Of a stretch of DNA of 64,000 nucleotides, positions 62,093-64,000 are shown piece after piece; within the stretch, counting starts at the first letter, position 1, and each line of letters opens with the position of its first letter. The position numbers were made by a program, and so were the translations under genes. This DNA comes from a virus. The notes under the pieces are model-generated. The model did no database searches. It worked only from the letters and a program-made list of their open reading frames with translations, and was not told the DNA's origin. The stretch lies in IMG/VR virus record IMGVR_UViG_3300045988_161245, positions 32,001-96,000 of that record. One strand, 5' to 3'.

Positions 62093-63940
62093 ATGCGCAA
62101 TAAAACGCTACTTACTATTGATGATTTGGTCAAATTTTGCGAGGAACAGAAATTTGCAAAATTCAGTTCAAATGAAACAGGATATAAACTTGCAGTTAAA
62201 GTCCCTACTACTTTTGAATCGGAAGATTCTGTTGATGAAAATCATCGTGGTATGAAAAAAGTTAAAATTAAGATTTTCCATACTGGAGTAAATCGAAATA
62301 AATCTCGTGTTTCTAAAGAATCAGCAGAACGTGCAATGAAAACAATTCCAGACAGACCGGTACTCGCCGCTATTCATCAGCTTGACGATGGTTCGTGGGA
62401 TTTTGAAGGTCACGAAATGAAAACTGTTAGAAACGAAGAAACCGGTGAAGACGAAACAGTATATATCGAATCCCAAGTTGGATCATTTTCTTCTGAACCA
62501 GCATTTTGGGAACATGATGATAAATTAGATAAAGACTTTGTATGTGCTTATGCTTATATTGCTGAAGACTACACTCGCACCACTTCTATATTAGAAGAAA
62601 AAAACGGTACTAAAAATAGTTGTGAGCTTGTTATTGAGGAATTATCCTACGATGCAAAGGAAAAAGTTCTTGATTTAGATGATTTTTATTTAAATGCAAG
62701 CACCTTCTTGGGGTCTCGTGATGATGGTACTGAAATAGGAGAAGGAATGGAAGGTTCCAGAGCAGATATTGTTGATTTTAGTGAAGCACATAATTCAGTT
62801 TTGATTGATTTACAGACTAGACTTTCTAACGTTGAGTCTAAGTTAGAAAAGGTTTGTTTCAATAATAATACACAAATTAATCAGAAAGGAGGAAATGATC
62901 TGGTGAAATTTGAAGAATTACTTAAGAAATATAATGTAACAGCTGATGATATTACCTTTGATTATGAGGGGTTATCTGATGAAGAGCTGGAACAGAAATT
63001 TGCAGAAACATTTGATGATGACGGTGGCGCAGCTTCTGATGATGGAGCCGGTGATGCAGGTACAACTGATGGTAACTCTGATCCAGAACCTACTTCTGAT
63101 GAAAATGCAGACGAAGGCAATGGTGAATCTGATCATGTAGAAGAACCAGTAAATGAAGAGGGAGCTGGCGAAACTCAGGAAGAAAATCCGGTATCTGAAG
63201 AATCCGAAGATGAGCCTGTTGCAACATCCGATGATTCTAAAGAAAATCCAGTTGAGGAAGAGGCTTGTGGAGCAGATAATAAAAAGAAAAGGAAATACTC
63301 TATCACTACTGGTGAGAAATCTGCCAACTTCGAAGTTTCTCTCGATGAGAAAATTTGGGCACTATCTGATCTAGTAAATGCTCAGTATGGAGAGTCAGAT
63401 AACTGCTGGTACTCTGTAAAGGTTTATGAAAACTATCTTATTATGTATGATTATTGGACATGCATTGCTTATAAGCAGACATATTCTCAGGATGGAGATA
63501 ACTTCTCTCTCACCGGTGATCGTGTAGAAGTATATGCTACATATCTTACCAAAGAGGAATTAGATGAAGTTGAAGCGATGAGAAGCAATTATGCATCTCT
63601 TGTTGAATACAAAGAAAATGCAGAGTTTGCAAAACTTCATACACAGAGAGAAGAAATTCTTAATGCTGAGAAATACAACGATCTAAGAGATACAGATGAG
63701 TTCAAAGCTCTTGTTGAGAACATGGACCAGTACAGTCTTGTTGATCTTGAAAAAGAGGCAAAAGTTATTTTTGCTGACTTTATCACATCTAATGCAGGAA
63801 CTTTTTCTGCACACACTTCTGAAACAAAATCCAAAAAGAAATTTAATGGTGGAATGACATTTGGTGTTGGTTCTGAAAAACCAGAAGCTGATAATGAGAA
63901 TTCACCTTATGGAGATTATTTTAAATCTCTTAAAAAGTAA
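62093..63940 (+). CDS. head maturation protease and/or scaffold-like protein with long acidic linker
   Basis: AAAGGAGGTAA SD precedes the start. Called from its position after the portal gene. The central D/E/G-rich low-complexity region (DDDGGAASDDGAGDAG...EEPVNEEGAGETQEE) and coiled-coil C-terminus are typical of scaffolds. Confidence 0.35.
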   Translation: MRNKTLLTIDDLVKFCEEQKFAKFSSNETGYKLAVKVPTTFESEDSVDENHRGMKKVKIKIFHTGVNRNKSRVSKESAERAMKTIPDRPVLAAIHQLDDGSWDFEGHEMKTVRNEETGEDETVYIESQVGSFSSEPAFWEHDDKLDKDFVCAYAYIAEDYTRTTSILEEKNGTKNSCELVIEELSYDAKEKVLDLDDFYLNASTFLGSRDDGTEIGEGMEGSRADIVDFSEAHNSVLIDLQTRLSNVESKLEKVCFNNNTQINQKGGNDLVKFEELLKKYNVTADDITFDYEGLSDEELEQKFAETFDDDGGAASDDGAGDAGTTDGNSDPEPTSDENADEGNGESDHVEEPVNEEGAGETQEENPVSEESEDEPVATSDDSKENPVEEEACGADNKKKRKYSITTGEKSANFEVSLDEKIWALSDLVNAQYGESDNCWYSVKVYENYLIMYDYWTCIAYKQTYSQDGDNFSLTGDRVEVYATYLTKEELDEVEAMRSNYASLVEYKENAEFAKLHTQREEILNAEKYNDLRDTDEFKALVENMDQYSLVDLEKEAKVIFADFITSNAGTFSAHTSETKSKKKFNGGMTFGVGSEKPEADNENSPYGDYFKSLKK

Positions 63941-64000
63941 TTTAGAAGTAAATTATAACAACTGAATATAGAAAAAATTTTATAGTTGAACGAGGTATTT

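Noticed and set aside
1-64000. Stop-codon reassignment, as in some gut phages carrying suppressor tRNAs
   Set aside because: ORFs of 500-927 aa are uninterrupted under the standard code, and TAA, TAG and TGA all terminate well-supported genes. None of the clear tRNAs has a stop-complementary anticodon. The TCA reading of the 54203 element is only an alternative register.
1-64000. CRISPR array
   Set aside because: No repeat-spacer periodicity is present. The only tandem arrays are 11-bp (41348-41446) and 18-bp coding repeats (32215-32286), both without unique spacers.

Overview
The whole window is AT-rich tailed-phage or prophage DNA of low-GC Firmicutes (Clostridia-like) style; no host housekeeping genes are visible. 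It has three parts. (1) A leftward (minus-strand) block from about 1.1 to 38.85 kb holds about 100 tightly packed, mostly small ORFs with GGAGG-type ribosome-binding sites, split into units by intrinsic terminators. Few have recognisable products: two TnpB genes (one with an IS607-type HTH remnant), a sigma-70-like factor, DUF262 and ParB-like proteins, a MazF-like toxin, two HicA-like proteins, a tyrosine recombinase, a LexA-type winged-helix protein, Myb-like and XRE regulators, and a hexapeptide-repeat protein. (2) A nearly ORF-free divergent control region (38.86-41.6 kb) contains a GC-richer structured segment ending in tandem terminators, three copies of a 14-bp palindromic operator, an RHH regulator gene, a roughly 650-nt tract almost devoid of G on the plus strand, and an 11-bp tandem repeat array. 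(3) A rightward block (41.6-64 kb) encodes a P-loop NTPase, an origin-like composite inverted repeat, a 927-aa YonO/RdRP-like two-barrel RNA polymerase, an initiator-like tRNA(CAU), PIN-PhoH, a ClpP-like protease, a metallophosphoesterase, HU and a second tyrosine recombinase. These are followed by a 2.3-kb tRNA and structured-RNA island, a homing-endonuclease-like gene, then small and large terminase, portal and a head-maturation or scaffold gene. The strongest leads are the tRNA-flanked large noncoding RNA candidates, the aberrant tRNA-like elements, apparent AUU/AUC initiation next to the phage tRNA(CAU), the phage RNAP with a TnpB element beside the sigma gene, the G-depleted tract, the origin-like repeats, and a 13-mer conserved at rightward gene ends. 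All calls come from reading the sequence only; no searches were run.
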